A stretch of 64,000 bases of DNA, from assembly GCA_964016885.1 (NCBI GenBank), contig OZ024741.1, positions 48,112,001 through 48,176,000 of the forward strand, read 5' to 3'. The translations under genes and the position numbers were made by a program. The first letter of the stretch is position 1; each line of letters begins with the position of its first letter. This stretch comes from Eledone cirrhosa (Eukaryota). The notes beneath the pieces are model-generated. The model was not told the DNA's origin. It ran no database searches and worked only from the letters and a program-made list of their open reading frames with translations. Positions 48,510 through 64,000 of the stretch are shown one piece after another.

Positions 48510-51500
48510 GTTGTATCTCTGGTCTACACAGACTATATATATATTTAGTTGTGTCTGGTCTACACAGACTATATATATATTTAGTTGTATCTCTGGTCTC
48601 CTCAGACTATATATATATATTTAGTTGTATCTGATCTACACAGACTATATATATATTTAGTTGTCTCTGGTCTACACAGACTATATATATACTTAGTTGT
48701 ATCTCTGGTCTCCACAGACTATATATATATTTAGTTGTGTCTGGTCTACACAGACTATATATATATTTAGTTGTATCTCTGGTCTACACAGACTATATAT
48801 AAATTTAGTTGTGTCTCTGGTCTACACAGACTATATATATATTTAGTTGTATCTCTGGTCTCCACAGACAATATATATATTTAGTTGTATCTGGTCTCCA
48901 CAGACTATATATCTATTTAGTTGTATCTGGTCTACACAGACTATATATATATTTAGTTGTCTCTCTGCTCTACACAGACTATATATATATTTAGTTGTGT
49001 CTGGTCTACACAGACTATATATATATTTAGTTGTGTCTGGTCTACACAGACTATATATATATTTAGTTGTGTCTGGTCTACACAGACTATATATATATTT
49101 AGTTGTATCTGGTCTACACAGACTATATATCTATTTAGTTGTATCTCTGGTCTCCGCAGACTATATATATATTTAGTTGTATCTGGTCTACACAGACTAT
49201 ATATATATTTAGTTGTATCTCTGGTCTCCACAGGCTATATATATATTTAGTTGTGTCTCTGGTCTACACAGACAATATATATATTTAGTTGTGTCTGGTC
49301 TACACAGACTATATATATATTTAGTTGTATCTGGTCTACACAGACTATATATATATATTTAGTTGTGTCTCTGGTCTACACAGACTATTTATATATTTAG
49401 TTGTGTCTCTGGTCTCCACAGACTATATATATATTTAGTTGTATCTGGTCTCCACAGACTATATATATATATATTTAGTTGTATCTCTGGTCTCCACAGA
49501 CTATATATATATTTAGTTGTATCTGGTCTCCACAGACTATATATATATTTAGTTGTATCTCTGGTCTACACAGACTATATATATATTTAGTTGTATCTCT
49601 GGTCTCCACAGACTATATATATATTTAGTTGTATCTGGTCTACAGAGACTAAATATATATTTAGTTGTGTATCTGGTCTCCACAGACAATATATATATTT
49701 AGTTGTATCTCTGGTCTCCTCAGACTATATATATATTTAGTTGTATCTGGTCTACAGAGACTAAATATATATTTAGTTGTGTATCTGGTCTCCACAGACA
49801 ATATATATATTTAGTTGTGTCTCTGGTCTACACAGACTATTTATATATTTAGTTGTGTCTCTGGTCTCCACAGACTATATATATATTTAGTTGTATCTGG
49901 CCTACACAGACTATATATATATTTAGTTGTCTCTGGTCTCCACAGACTATATATATATATTTAGTTGTATCTCTGGTCTACACAGACTATATATATATTT
50001 AGTTGTATCTCTGGTCTACACAGACTATATATATATTTAGTTGTGTCTCTGGTCTACACAGACAATATATATATTTAGTTGTATCTCTGGTCTACACAGA
50101 CTATATATATATATTTAGTTGTGTCTCTGGTCTACACAGACAATATATATATTTAGTTGTATCTCTGGTCTACACAGACTATTTATATATTTAGTTGTGT
50201 ATCTGGTCTCCACAGACTATATATATATTTAGTTGTGTCTCTGGTCTACACAGACTATATATATATTTAGTTGTATCTGGTCTCCACAGACTATATATAT
50301 ATTTAGTTGTATCTGGTCTCCACAGACTATATATATATTTAGTTGTATCTCTGGTCTACACAGACTATATATATATTTAGTTGTGTCTCTGGTCTACACA
50401 GACTATATATATATTTAGTTGTATCTGGTCTCAACAGACTATATATCTATTTAGTTGTATCTCTGGTCTCCACAGACTATATATATATTTAGTTGTGTCT
50501 GGTCTACACAGACTATATATATATTTAGTTGTGTCTGGTCTACACAGACTATATATATATTTAGTTGTGTCTGGTCTACACAGACTATATATATATTTAG
50601 TTGTATCTGGTCTACACAGACTATATATATATTTAGTTGTGTCTGGTCTACACAGACTATATATATATTTAGTTGTATCTGGTCTACACAGACTATATAT
50701 ATATTTAGTTGTATCTCTGGTCTACACAGACTATATATATATTTAGTTGTATCTCTGGTCTACACAGACTATATATATATTTAGTTGTCTCTCTGCTCTA
50801 CACAGACTATATATATATTTAGTTGTGTATCTGGTCTCCACAGACTATATATATATTTATTTGTATCTCTGGTCTCCACAGACTATATATATATTTAGTT
50901 GTATCTCTGGTCTCCACAGACTATATATATATTTAGTTGTCTCTCTGCTCTACACAGACTATATATATATTTAGTTGTGTATCTGGTCTCCACAGACTAT
51001 ATATATATTTAGTTGTATCTGGTCTACACAGACTATATATATATTTAGTTGTATCTCTGGTCTCCACAGACTATATATATATTTAGTTGTGTCTCTGGTC
51101 TACACAGACAATATATATATTTAGTTGTGTCTGGTCTACACAGACTATATATATATTTAGTTGTATCTGGTCTACACGGACTATATATATATTTAGTTGT
51201 ATCTCTGGTCTCCACAGACTATATATCTATTTAGTTGTCTCTCTGCTCTACACAGACTATATATATATTTAGTTGTGTATCTGGTCTCCACAGACTATAT
51301 ATATATTTAGTTGTATCTCTGGTCTCCACAGACTATATATATATTTAGTTGTCTCTCTGCTCTACACAGACTATATATATATTTAGTTGTGTATCTGGTC
51401 TCCACAGACTATATATATATTTAGTTGTATCTCTGGTCTCCACAGACTATATATATATTTAGTTGTATCTCTGGTCTCCACAGACTATATATATATTTAG

Positions 51501-54500
51501 TTGTATCTGGTCTACACAGACTATATATCTATTTAGTTGTATCTCTGGTCTCCACAGACTATATATATATTTAGTTGTATCTCTGGTCTACACAGACTAT
51601 ATATATATTTAGTTGTATCTGGTCTACACAGACTATATATATATTTAGTTGTATCTCTGGTCTACACAGACTATATATATATTTAGTTGTATCTCTGGTC
51701 TACACAGACTATATATATATTTAGTTGTATCTGGTCTACACAGACTATATATATATTTAGTTGTATCTCTGGTCTACACAGACTATATATATATTTAGTT
51801 GTATCTGGTCTACACAGACTATATATATATTTAGTTGTATCTCTGGTCTACACAGACTATATATATATTTAGTTGTATCTCTGGTCTACACAGACTATAT
51901 ATATATTTAGTTGTCTCTCTGCTCTACACAGACTATATATATATTTAGTTGTGTATCTGGTCTCCACAGACTATATATATATCTAGTTGTGTCTCTGGTC
52001 TCCACAGACTATATATATATTTAGTTGTCTCTCTGCTCTACACAGACTATATATATATTTAGTTGTGTATCTGGTCTCCACAGACTATATATATATTTAG
52101 TTGTATCTCTGGTCTCCACAGACTATATATATATTTAGTTGTATCTCTGGTCTCCACAGACTATATATATATTTAGTTGTATCTGGTCTACACAGACTAT
52201 ATATCTATTTAGTTGTATCTCTGGTCTCCACAGACTATATATATATTTAGTTGTATCTCTGGTCTACACAGACTATATATATATTTAGTTGTATCTGGTC
52301 TACACAGACTATATATATATTTAGTTGTATCTCTGGTCTACACAGACTATATATATATTTAGTTGTATCTCTGGTCTACACAGACTATATATATATTTAG
52401 TTGTCTCTCTGCTCTACACAGACTATATATATATTTAGTTGTGTATCTGGTCTCAACAGACTATATATATATTTATTTGTATCTCTGGTCTCCACAGACT
52501 ATATATATATTTAGTTGTATCTCTGGTCTCCACAGACTATATATATATTTAGTTGTATCTCTGGTCTCCACAGACTATATATATATTTAGTTGTATCTGG
52601 TCTACACAGACTATATATATATTTAGTTGTATCTCTGGTCTCCACAGACTATATATATATTTAGTTGTGTCTCTGGTCTACACAGACATTATATATATTT
52701 AGTTGTGTCTGGTCTACACAGACTATATATATATTTAGTTGTATCTGGTCTATACGGACTATATATATATTTAGTTGTATCTCTGGTCTACACAGACTAT
52801 ATATATATTTAGTTGTATCTCTGGTCTCCACAGACTATATATATATTTAGTTGTATCTCTGGTCTCCACAGACTATATATATATTTAGTTGTATCTGGTC
52901 TACACAGACTATATATCTATTTAGTTGTATCTCTGGTCTCCACAGACTATATATATATTTAGTTGTATCTGGTCTACACAGACTATATATATATTTAGTT
53001 GTATCTCTGGTCTCCACAGACTATATATATATTTAGTTGTGTCTCTGGTCTACACAGACAATATATATATTTAGTTGTGTCTGGTCTACACAGACTATAT
53101 ATATATTTAGTTGTATCTGGTCTACACAGACTATATATATATTTAGTTGTATCTCTGGTCTCCACAGACTATATATCTATTTAGTTGTATCTCTGGTCTC
53201 CACAGACTATATATATATTTAGTTGTATCTCTGGTCTCCACAGACTATATATATATTTAGTTGTATCTCTGGTCTCCACAGACTATATATATATTTAGTT
53301 GTATCTGGTCTACACAGACTATATATCTATTTAGTTGTATCTCTGGTCTCCACAGACTATATATATATTTAGTTGTATCTGGTCTACACAGACTATATAT
53401 ATATTTAGTTGTATCTGGTCTACACAGACTATATATATATTTAGTTGTGTCTCTGGTCTCCACAGACTATATATATATTTAGTTGTATCTCTGGTCTACA
53501 CAGACTATATATATATTTAGTTGTATCTCTGGTCTCCACAGACTATATATATATTTAGTTGCGTCTCTGGTCTACACAGACAATATATATATTTAGTTGT
53601 GTCTGGTCTACACAGACTATATATATATTTAGTTGTATCTGGTCTACACAGACTATATATATATTTAGTTGTATCTCTGGTCTACACAGACTATATATAT
53701 ATTTAGTTGTATCTCTGGTCTCCACAGACTATATATATATTTAGTTGTATCTGGTCTACACAGACTATATATCTATTTAGTTGTATCTCTGGTCTCCACA
53801 GACTATATATATATTTAGTTGTATCTGGTCTACACAGACTATATATATATTTAGTTGTATCTCTGGTCTCCACAGACTATATATATATTTAGTTGTGTCT
53901 CTGGTCTACACAGACTATATATATATTTAGTTGTGTCTGGTCTACACAGACTATATATATATTTAGTTGTATCTGGTCTACACAGACTATATATATATTT
54001 AGTTGTATCTCTGGTCTACACAGACTATATATATATTTAGTTGTATCTCTGGTCTCCACAGACTATATATCTATTTAGTTGTATCTCTGGTCTACACAGA
54101 CTATATATATATTTAGTTGTATCTCTGGTCTACACAGACAATATATATATTTAGTTGTGTCTCTGGTCTCCACAGACTATATATATATTTAGTTGTATCT
54201 GGTCTACACAGACTATATATATATTTAGTTGTATCTCTGGTCTACACAGACTATATATATATTTAGTGGTATCTCTGGTCTACACAGACAATATATATAT
54301 TTAGTTGTGTCTCTGGTCTCCACAGACTATATATATATTTAGTTGTATCTGGTCTACACAGACTATATATATATTTAGTTGTATCTCTGGTCTACACAGA
54401 CTATATATATATTCAGTTGTATCTCTGGTCTCCACAGACTATATATATATTTAGTTGTATCTGGTCTACACAGACTATATATATATTTAGTTGTGTCTCT

Positions 54501-54847
54501 GGTCTCCTCAGACTATATATATATTTAGTTGTGTCTCTGGTCTCCACAGACTATATATATATTCAGTTGTATCTCTGGTCTCCACAGACTATATATATAT
54601 TTAGTTGTATCTGGTCTACACAGACTATATATATATTTAGTTGTGTCTCTGGTCTCCTCAGACTATATATATATTTAGTTGTGTCTCTGGTCTCCACAGA
54701 CTATATATATATTTAGTTGTATCTGGTCTACACAAACTATATATATATTTAGTTGTATCTCTGGTCTCCACAGACTATATATATATTTAGTTGTATCTCT
54801 GGTCTCCTCAGACTATATATATATATTTAGTTGTATCTGGTCTCCTC

Positions 54848-54904
<57 letters not shown>

Positions 54905-57900
54905 TTAGTTGTATCTCTGGTCTACACAGACTATGTATATATTTAGTTGTATCTGGTCTCCACAGACTATTTATATATTTAGTTGTGTCTCTGGTCTACA
55001 CAGACTATATATATATTTAGTTGTATCTGGTCTCCACAGACTATTTATATATTTAGTTGTGTCTCTGGTCTCCACAGACAATATATATATTTAGTTGTGT
55101 CTCTGGTCTACACAGACTATATATATATTTAGTTGTATCTCTGGTCTCCACAGACTATATATATATTTAGTTGTATCTGGTTTACACAGACAATATATAT
55201 ATTTAGTTGTGTCTCTGGTCTACACAGACTATTTATATATTTAGTTGTGTCTCTGGTCTCCACAGACTATATATATATTTAGTTGTATCTGGTCTACACA
55301 GACTATATATATATTTAGTTGTCTCTGGTCTCCACAGACTATATATATATTTAGTTGTATCTCTGGTCTACACAGACTATATATATATTTAGTTGTGTCT
55401 CTGGTCTACACAGACAATATATATATTTAGTTGTATCTCTGGTCTACACAGACTATATATATATTTAGTTGTGTCTCTGGTCTACACAGACAATATATAT
55501 ATTTAGTTGTATCTCTGGTCTACACAGACTATATATATATTTAGTTGTGTCTCTGGTCTACACAGACTATATATATATTTAGTTGTATCTGGTCTCCACA
55601 GACTATATATATATTTAGTTGTATCTCTGGTCTACACAGACTATATATCTATTTAGTTGTGTCTCTGGTCTACACAGACTATATATATATTTAGTTGTAT
55701 CTCTGGTCTCCACAGACAATATATATATTTAGTTGTATCTGGTCTCCACAGACTATATATCTATTTAGTTGTATCTCTGGTCTCCACAGACTATATATAT
55801 ATCTAGTTGTGTCTGGTCTACACAGACTATATATATATTTAGTTGTGTCTGGTCTACACAGACTATATATATATTTAGTTGTGTCTGGTCTACACAGACT
55901 ATATATATATTTAGTTGTATCTGGTCTACACAGACTATATATATATTTAGTTGTGTCTGGTCTACACAGACTATATATATATTTAGTTGTATCTGGTCTA
56001 CACAGACTATATATATATTTAGTTGTATCTCTGGTCTCCACAGACTATATATCTATTTAGTTGTATCTCTGGTCTCCACAGACTATATATATATTTAGTT
56101 GTGTCTGGTCTACACAGACTATATATATATTTAGTTGTGTCTGGTCTACACAGACTATATATATATTTAGTTGTATCTGGTCTACACAGACTATATATAT
56201 ATTTAGTTGTGTCTGGTCTACACAGACTATATATATATTTAGTTGTATCTGGTCTACACAGACTATATATATATTTAGTTGTATCTCTGGTCTCCACAGA
56301 CTATATATCTATTTAGTTGTATCTCTGGTCTCCACAGACTATATATATATTTAGTTGTGTCTGGTCTACACAGACTATATATATATTTAGTTGTGTCTGG
56401 TCTACACAGACTATATATATATTTAGTTGTATCTGGTCTACACAGACTATATATATATTTAGTTGTGTCTGGTCTACACAGACTATATATATATTTAGTT
56501 GTATCTGGTCTACACAGACTATATATATATTTAGTTGTATCTCTGGTCTCCACAGACTATATATCTATTTAGTTGTATCTCTGGTCTCCACAGACTATAT
56601 ATATATTTAGTTGTATCTCTGGTCTCCTCAGACTATATATATATATTTAGTTGTATCTGGTCTCCACAGACTATATATCTATTTAGTTGTATCTCTGGTC
56701 TCCTCAGACTATATATATATATATATTTAGTTGCATCTCTGGTCTCCACAGACTATATATATATTTAGTTGTATCTCTGGTCTCCACAGACTATATATAT
56801 ATTTAGTTGTATCTCTGGTCTCCACAGACTATATATATATTTAGTTGTATCTGGTCTCCACAGACTATATATCTATTTAGTTGTATCTCTGGTCTCCTCA
56901 GACTATATATATATATATATTTAGTTGTATCTCTGGTCTACACAGACTATATATATATTTAGTTGTGTCTGGTCTACACAGACTATATATATATTTAGTT
57001 GTATCTCTGGTCTCCACAGACTATATATATATTTAGTTGTATCTCTGGTCTCCTCAGACTATATATATATATTTAGTTGTATCTGGTCTACACAGACTAT
57101 ATATATATTTAGTTGTATCTCTGGTCTCCACAGACTATATATATATTTAGTTGTGTCTGGTCTACACAGACTATATATATATTTAGTTGTATCTCTGGTC
57201 TACACAGACTATATATATATTTAGTTGTATCTGGTCTACACAGACAATATATATATTTAGTTGTGTCTCTGGTCTACACAGACTATTTATATATTTAGTT
57301 GTGTCTCTGGTCTCCACAGACTATATATATATTTAGTTGTATCTGGTCTACACAGACTATATATATATTTAGTTGTATCTCTGGTCTCCACAGACTATAT
57401 ATATATTTAGTTGTATCTGGTCTACACAGACTATATATATATTTAGTTGTCTCTGGTCTCCACAGACTATATATATATTTAGTTGTATCTCTGGTCTACA
57501 CAGACTATATATATATTTAGTTGTGTCTCTGGTCTACACAGACAATATATATATTTAGTTGTATCTCTGGTCTACACAGACTATATATATATTTAGTTGT
57601 GTCTCTGGTCTACACAGACAATATATATATTTAGTTGTATCTCTGGTCTACACAGACTATATATATATTTAGTTGTGTCTCTGGTCTACACAGACTATAT
57701 ATATATTTAGTTGTATCTGGTCTCCACAGACTATATATATATTTAGTTGTATCTCTGGTCTACACAGACTATATATCTATTTAGTTGTGTCTCTGGTCTA
57801 CACAGACTATATATATATTTAGTTGTATCTCTGGTCTCCACAGACAATATATATATTTAGTTGTATCTGGTCTCCACAGACTATATATCTATTTAGTTGT

Positions 57901-60900
57901 ATCTCTGGTCTCCACAGACTATATATATATCTAGTTGTGTCTGGTCTACACAGACTATATATATATTTAGTTGTGTCTGGTCTACACAGACTATATATAT
58001 ATTTAGTTGTGTCTGGTCTACACAGACTATATATATATTTAGTTGTATCTGGTCTACACAGACTATATATATATTTAGTTGTGTCTGGTCTACACAGACT
58101 ATATATATATTTAGTTGTATCTGGTCTACACAGACTATATATATATTTAGTTGTATCTCTGGTCTCCACAGACTATATATCTATTTAGTTGTATCTCTGG
58201 TCTCCACAGACTATATATATATTTAGTTGTGTCTGGTCTACACAGACTATATATATATTTAGTTGTGTCTGGTCTACACAGACTATATATATATTTAGTT
58301 GTATCTGGTCTACACAGACTATATATATATTTAGTTGTGTCTGGTCTACACAGACTATATATATATTTAGTTGTATCTGGTCTACACAGACTATATATAT
58401 ATTTAGTTGTATCTCTGGTCTCCACAGACTATATATCTATTTAGTTGTATCTCTGGTCTCCACAGACTATATATATATTTAGTTGTGTCTGGTCTACACA
58501 GACTATATATATATTTAGTTGTGTCTGGTCTACACAGACTATATATATATTTAGTTGTATCTGGTCTACACAGACTATATATATATTTAGTTGTGTCTGG
58601 TCTACACAGACTATATATATATTTAGTTGTATCTGGTCTACACAGACTATATATATATTTAGTTGTATCTCTGGTCTCCACAGACTATATATCTATTTAG
58701 TTGTATCTCTGGTCTCCACAGACTATATATATATTTAGTTGTATCTCTGGTCTCCTCAGACTATATATATATATTTAGTTGTATCTGGTCTCCACAGACT
58801 ATATATCTATTTAGTTGTATCTCTGGTCTCCTCAGACTATATATATATATATATTTAGTTGCATCTCTGGTCTCCACAGACTATATATATATTTAGTTGT
58901 ATCTCTGGTCTCCACAGACTATATATATATTTAGTTGTATCTCTGGTCTCCACAGACTATATATATATTTAGTTGTATCTGGTCTCCACAGACTATATAT
59001 CTATTTAGTTGTATCTCTGGTCTCCTCAGACTATATATATATATATATTTAGTTGTATCTCTGGTCTACACAGACTATATATATATTTAGTTGTGTCTGG
59101 TCTACACAGACTATATATATATTTAGTTGTATCTCTGGTCTCCACAGACTATATATATATTTAGTTGTATCTCTGGTCTCCTCAGACTATATATATATAT
59201 TTAGTTGTATCTGGTCTACACAGACTATATATATATTTAGTTGTATCTCTGGTCTCCACAGACTATATATATATTTAGTTGTGTCTGGTCTACACAGACT
59301 ATATATATATTTAGTTGTATCTCTGGTCTACACAGACTATATATATATTTAGTTGTATCTGGTCTACACAGACAATATATATATTTAGTTGTGTCTCTGG
59401 TCTACACAGACTATTTATATATTTAGTTGTGTCTCTGGTCTCCACAGACTATATATATATTTAGTTGTATCTGGTCTACACAGACTATATATATATTTAG
59501 TTGTATCTCTGGTCTCCACAGACTATATATATATTTAGTTGTATCTGGTCTACACAGACTATATATATATTTAGTTGTCTCTGGTCTCCACAGACTATAT
59601 ATATATTTAGTTGTATCTCTGGTCTACACAGACTATATATATATTTAGTTGTGTCTCTGGTCTACACAGACAATATATATATTTAGTTGTATCTCTGGTC
59701 TACACAGACTATATATATATTTAGTTGTGTCTCTGGTCTACACAGACAATATATATATTTAGTTGTATCTCTGGTCTACACAGACTATATATATATTTAG
59801 TTGTGTCTCTGGTCTACACAGACTATATATATATTTAGTTGTATCTGGTCTCCACAGACTATATATATATTTAGTTGTATCTCTGGTCTACACAGACTAT
59901 ATATCTATTTAGTTGTGTCTCTGGTCTACACAGACTATATATATATTTAGTTGTATCTCTGGTCTCCACAGACAATATATATATTTAGTTGTATCTGGTC
60001 TCCACAGACTATATATCTATTTAGTTGTATCTCTGGTCTCCACAGACTATATATATATTTAGTTGTGTCTGGTCTACACAGACTATATATATATTTAGTT
60101 GTGTCTGGTCTACACAGACTATATATATATTTAGTTGTGTCTGGTCTACACAGACTATATATATATTTAGTTGTATCTGGTCTACACAGACTATATATAT
60201 ATTTAGTTGTGTCTGGTCTACACAGACTATATATATATTTAGTTGTATCTCTGGTCTACACAGACTATATATATATTTAGTTGTATCTCTGGTCTACACA
60301 GACTATATATATATTTAGTTGTGTCTGGTCTACACAGACTATATATATATTTAGTTGTATCTGGTCTCCACAGACTATATATGTATTGAGTTGTATCTCT
60401 GGTCTCCACAGACTATATATATATTTAGTTGTATCTCTGGTCTCCACAGACAATATATATATTTAGTTGTATCTGGTCTCCACAGACTATATATCTATTT
60501 AGTTGTATCTCTGGTCTCCTCAGACTATATATATATTTAGTTGTATCTCTGGTCTCCACAGACTATATATATATTTAGTTGTATCTCTGGTCTACACACA
60601 CTATATATATATTTAGTTGCATCTCTGGTCTCCACAGACTATATATATATTTAGTTGTGTCTGGTCTCCACAGACTATATATATATTTAGTTGTGTCTGG
60701 TCTACACAGACTATATATATATTTAGTTGTATCTCTGGTCTCCACAGACTATATATATATTTAGTTGTATCTCTGGTCTCCTCAGACTATATATATATAT
60801 TTAGTTGTATCTGATCTACACAGACTATATATATATTTAGTTGTCTCTGGTCTACACAGACTATATATATATTTAGTTGTATCTCTGGTCTCCACAGACT

Positions 60901-63900
60901 ATATATATATTTAGTTGTGTCTGGTCTACACAGACTATATATATATTTAGTTGTATCTCTGGTCTACACAGACTATATATAAATTTAGTTGTGTCTCTGG
61001 TCTACACAGACTATATATATATTTAGTTGTATCTCTGGTCTCCACAGACAATATATATATTTAGTTGTGTCTCTGGTCTACACAGACTATATATATATTT
61101 AGTTGTCTCTGGTCTACACAGACAATATATATATTTAGTTGTATCTGGTCTCCACAGACTATATATCTATTTAGTTGTATCTGGTCTACACAGACTATAT
61201 ATATATTTAGTTGTCGCTCTGCTCTACACAGACTATATATATATTTAGTTGTGTCTGGTCTACACAGACTATATATATATTTAGTTGTGTCTGGTCTACA
61301 CAGACTATATATATATTTAGTTGTGTCTGGTCTACACAGACTATATATATATTTAGTTGTATCTGGTCTACACAGACTATATATATATTTAGTTGTATCT
61401 CTGGTCTACACAGACTATATATATTTAGTTGTATCTCTGGTCTACACAGACTATATATATATTTAGTTGTATCTCTGGTCTCCACAGACTATATATATAT
61501 TTAGTTGTATCTCTGGTCTCCTCAGACTATATATATATTTAGTTGTATCTGATCTACACAGACTATATATATATTTAGTTGTCTCTGGTCTACACAGACT
61601 ATATATATATTTAGTTGTGTCTGGTCTACAGACTATATATATATTTAGTTGTGTCTCTGGTCTACACAGACTATATATCTATTTAGTTGTATCTCTGGTC
61701 TACACAGACTATATATATATATTTAGTTGTGTCTCTAGTCTACACAGATTATATATATATTTAGTTGTGTCTCTGGTGTACACAGACTATATATATATTT
61801 AGTTGTATCTGGTCTACACAGACTATATATATATTTAGTTGTATCTCTGGTCTCCACAGACTATATATATATTTAGTTGTATCTGGTCTACACAGACTAT
61901 ATACATATTTAGTTGTATCTGGTCTACACAGACTATATATATATTTAGTTGTATCTCTGGTCTCCACAGACTATTTATATATTTAGTTGTATCTCTGGTC
62001 TACACAGACTATATATATATTTAGTTGTCTCTGGTCTACACAGACTATATATATATTTAGTTGTATCTCTGGTCTACACAGACTATATATATATTTAGTT
62101 GTATCTCTGGTCTCCACAGACTATATATATATTTAGTTGTATCTGGTCTACACAGACTATATATATATTTAGTTGTATCTGGTCTACACAGACAATATAT
62201 ATATTTAGTTGTGTCTCTGGTCTACACAGACTATATATATATTTAGTTGTATCTCTGGTCTACACAGACAATATATATATTTAGTTGTGTCTCTGGTCTA
62301 CACAGACAATATATATATTTAGTTGTATCTCTGGTCTACACAGACAATATATATATTTAGTTGTATCTCTGGTCTACACAGACTATATATATATTTAGTT
62401 GTATCTCTGGTCTACACAGACAATATATATATTTAGTTGTGTCTCTGGTCTACACAGACTATATATATATTTAGTTGTATCTCTGGTCTACACAGACAAT
62501 ATATATATTTAGTTGTGTCTCTGGTCTACACAGACAATATATATATTTAGTTGTATCTCTGGTCTACACAGACTATATATATATTTAGTTGTGTCTCTGG
62601 TCTACACAGACTATATATATATTTAGTTTTATCTCTGGTCTCCACAGACTATATATATATTTAGTTGTATCTCTGGTCTCCACAGACTATATATATATTT
62701 AGTTGTATCTGGTCTACACAGACTATATATCTATTTAGTTGTATCTCTGGTCTCCACAGACTATATATATATTTAGTTGTATCTGGTCTACACAGACTAT
62801 ATATATATTTAGTTGTATCTCTGGTCTCCACAGACTATATATATATTTAGTTGTGTCTCTGGTCTACACAGACAATATATATATTTAGTTGTGTCTGGTC
62901 TACACAGACTATATATATATTTAGTTGTATCTGGTCTACACAGACTATATATATATTTAGTTGTATCTCTGGTCTACACAGACTATATATATATTTAGTT
63001 ATATCTCTGGTCTCCACAGACTATATATCTATTTAGTTGTATCTCTGGTCTACACAGACTATATATATATTTAGTTGTATCTCTGGTCTACACAGACTAT
63101 ATATATATTCAGTTGTATCTCTGGTCTACACAGACTATATATATATTTAGTTGTATCTCTGGTCTACACAGACTATATATATATTTAGTTGTATCTGGTC
63201 TACACAGACTATATATATATTTAGTTGTGTCTCTGGTCTACACAGACAATATATATATTTAGTTGTGTCTGGTCTACACAGACTATATATATATTTAGTT
63301 GTATCTGGTCTACACAAACTATATATATATTTAGTTGTATCTCTGGTCTCCACAGACTATATATATATTTAGTTGTATCTCTGGTCTCCTCAGACTATAT
63401 ATATATATTTAGTTGTATCTGGTCTCCTCAGACTATATATATATGTATATATATATATTTAGTTGTATCTCTGGTCTACACAGACTATATATATATTTAG
63501 TTGTATCTGGTCTCCACAGACTAAATATATATTTAGTTGTGTATCTGGTCTCCACAGACAATATATATATTTAGTTGTGTCTCTGGTCTACACAGACTAT
63601 TTATATATTTAGTTGTGTCTCTGGTCTCCACAGACTATATATATATTTAGTTGTATCTGGTCTACACAGACAATATATATATTTAGTTGTGTCTCTGGTC
63701 TACACAGACTATTTATATATTTAGTTGTGTCTCTGGTCTCCACAGACTATATATATATTTAGTTGTATCTGGTCTACACAGACTATATATATATTTAGTT
63801 GTCTCTGGTCTCCACAGACTATATATATATTTAGTTGTATCTCTGGTCTACACAGACTATATATATATTTAGTTGTGTCTCTGGTCTACACAGACAATAT

Positions 63901-64000
63901 ATATATTTAGTTGTATCTCTGGTCTACACAGACTATATATATATTTAGTTGTGTCTCTGGTCTACACAGACAATATATATATTTAGTTGTATCTCTGGTC
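39008..64000. repeat. 36/38-bp satellite, uninterrupted ~25-kb block with higher-order structure; continues past the window end
   Basis: Monomer variants: +/-TC, GTA/GTG/GTC, CTA/CTC, GACT/GACA, CTCCTC. Identical ORF-track translations recur at fixed offsets. Confidence 0.99.

Noticed and set aside
13442-63910. Hundreds of ORFs with LYIYLVVSGLHR / IFSCIWSTQTIY / TTKYIYSLCRPD repeats
   Set aside because: These are translation artefacts of the satellite: the 36-mer is 12 codons and the 38-mer shifts frame into the TAG stop. There is no coding signal.
13326-64000. CRISPR-like array (36-38 bp repeat with an internal palindrome)
   Set aside because: Units are head-to-tail with no unique spacers, there are no cas genes, and the context is eukaryotic transposons.

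Overview
Eukaryotic (metazoan) repetitive DNA. It is probably octopod cephalopod, judged from my recognition of the SINE, RTE and MITE families, not from a database search. No host protein-coding gene, rRNA, bona fide tRNA or CRISPR array is supportable. Positions 1-13.3 kb are a patchwork of old transposons: Penelope-like fragments, MITEs, tRNA-derived SINEs, microsatellites and one near full-length decayed RTE LINE (4.86-8.05 kb). From ~13.33 kb to the window end lies a satellite of 36/38-bp monomers, TTTAGTTGT(A/G)TC(TC)TGGTCT(A/C)CACAGAC(TA)5. It has higher-order periods (256, 294, 930, 2128, 2190, 2862, 3032 bp) and is interrupted by nested insertions. (i) A SINE is split by a Ty3/Gypsy (CsRn1-like) element present as LTR-int-LTR-int-LTR. 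Its middle LTR is a 3'LTR/5'LTR chimera, and a 15-bp micro-inversion distinguishes its last LTR from the first two. (ii) RTE pieces are all joined at the monomer TA tract, one through a 40-bp perfect fold-back palindrome. (iii) A 3.03-kb duplication copies an RTE together with satellite. The most distinctive signal is a modular RTE/SINE system: one SINE head and body carries two different LINE tails, both partner LINE families are in the window, and an RTE 5'-UTR module is reused inside LINE 3' UTRs. Coordinates and difference counts were read by eye.
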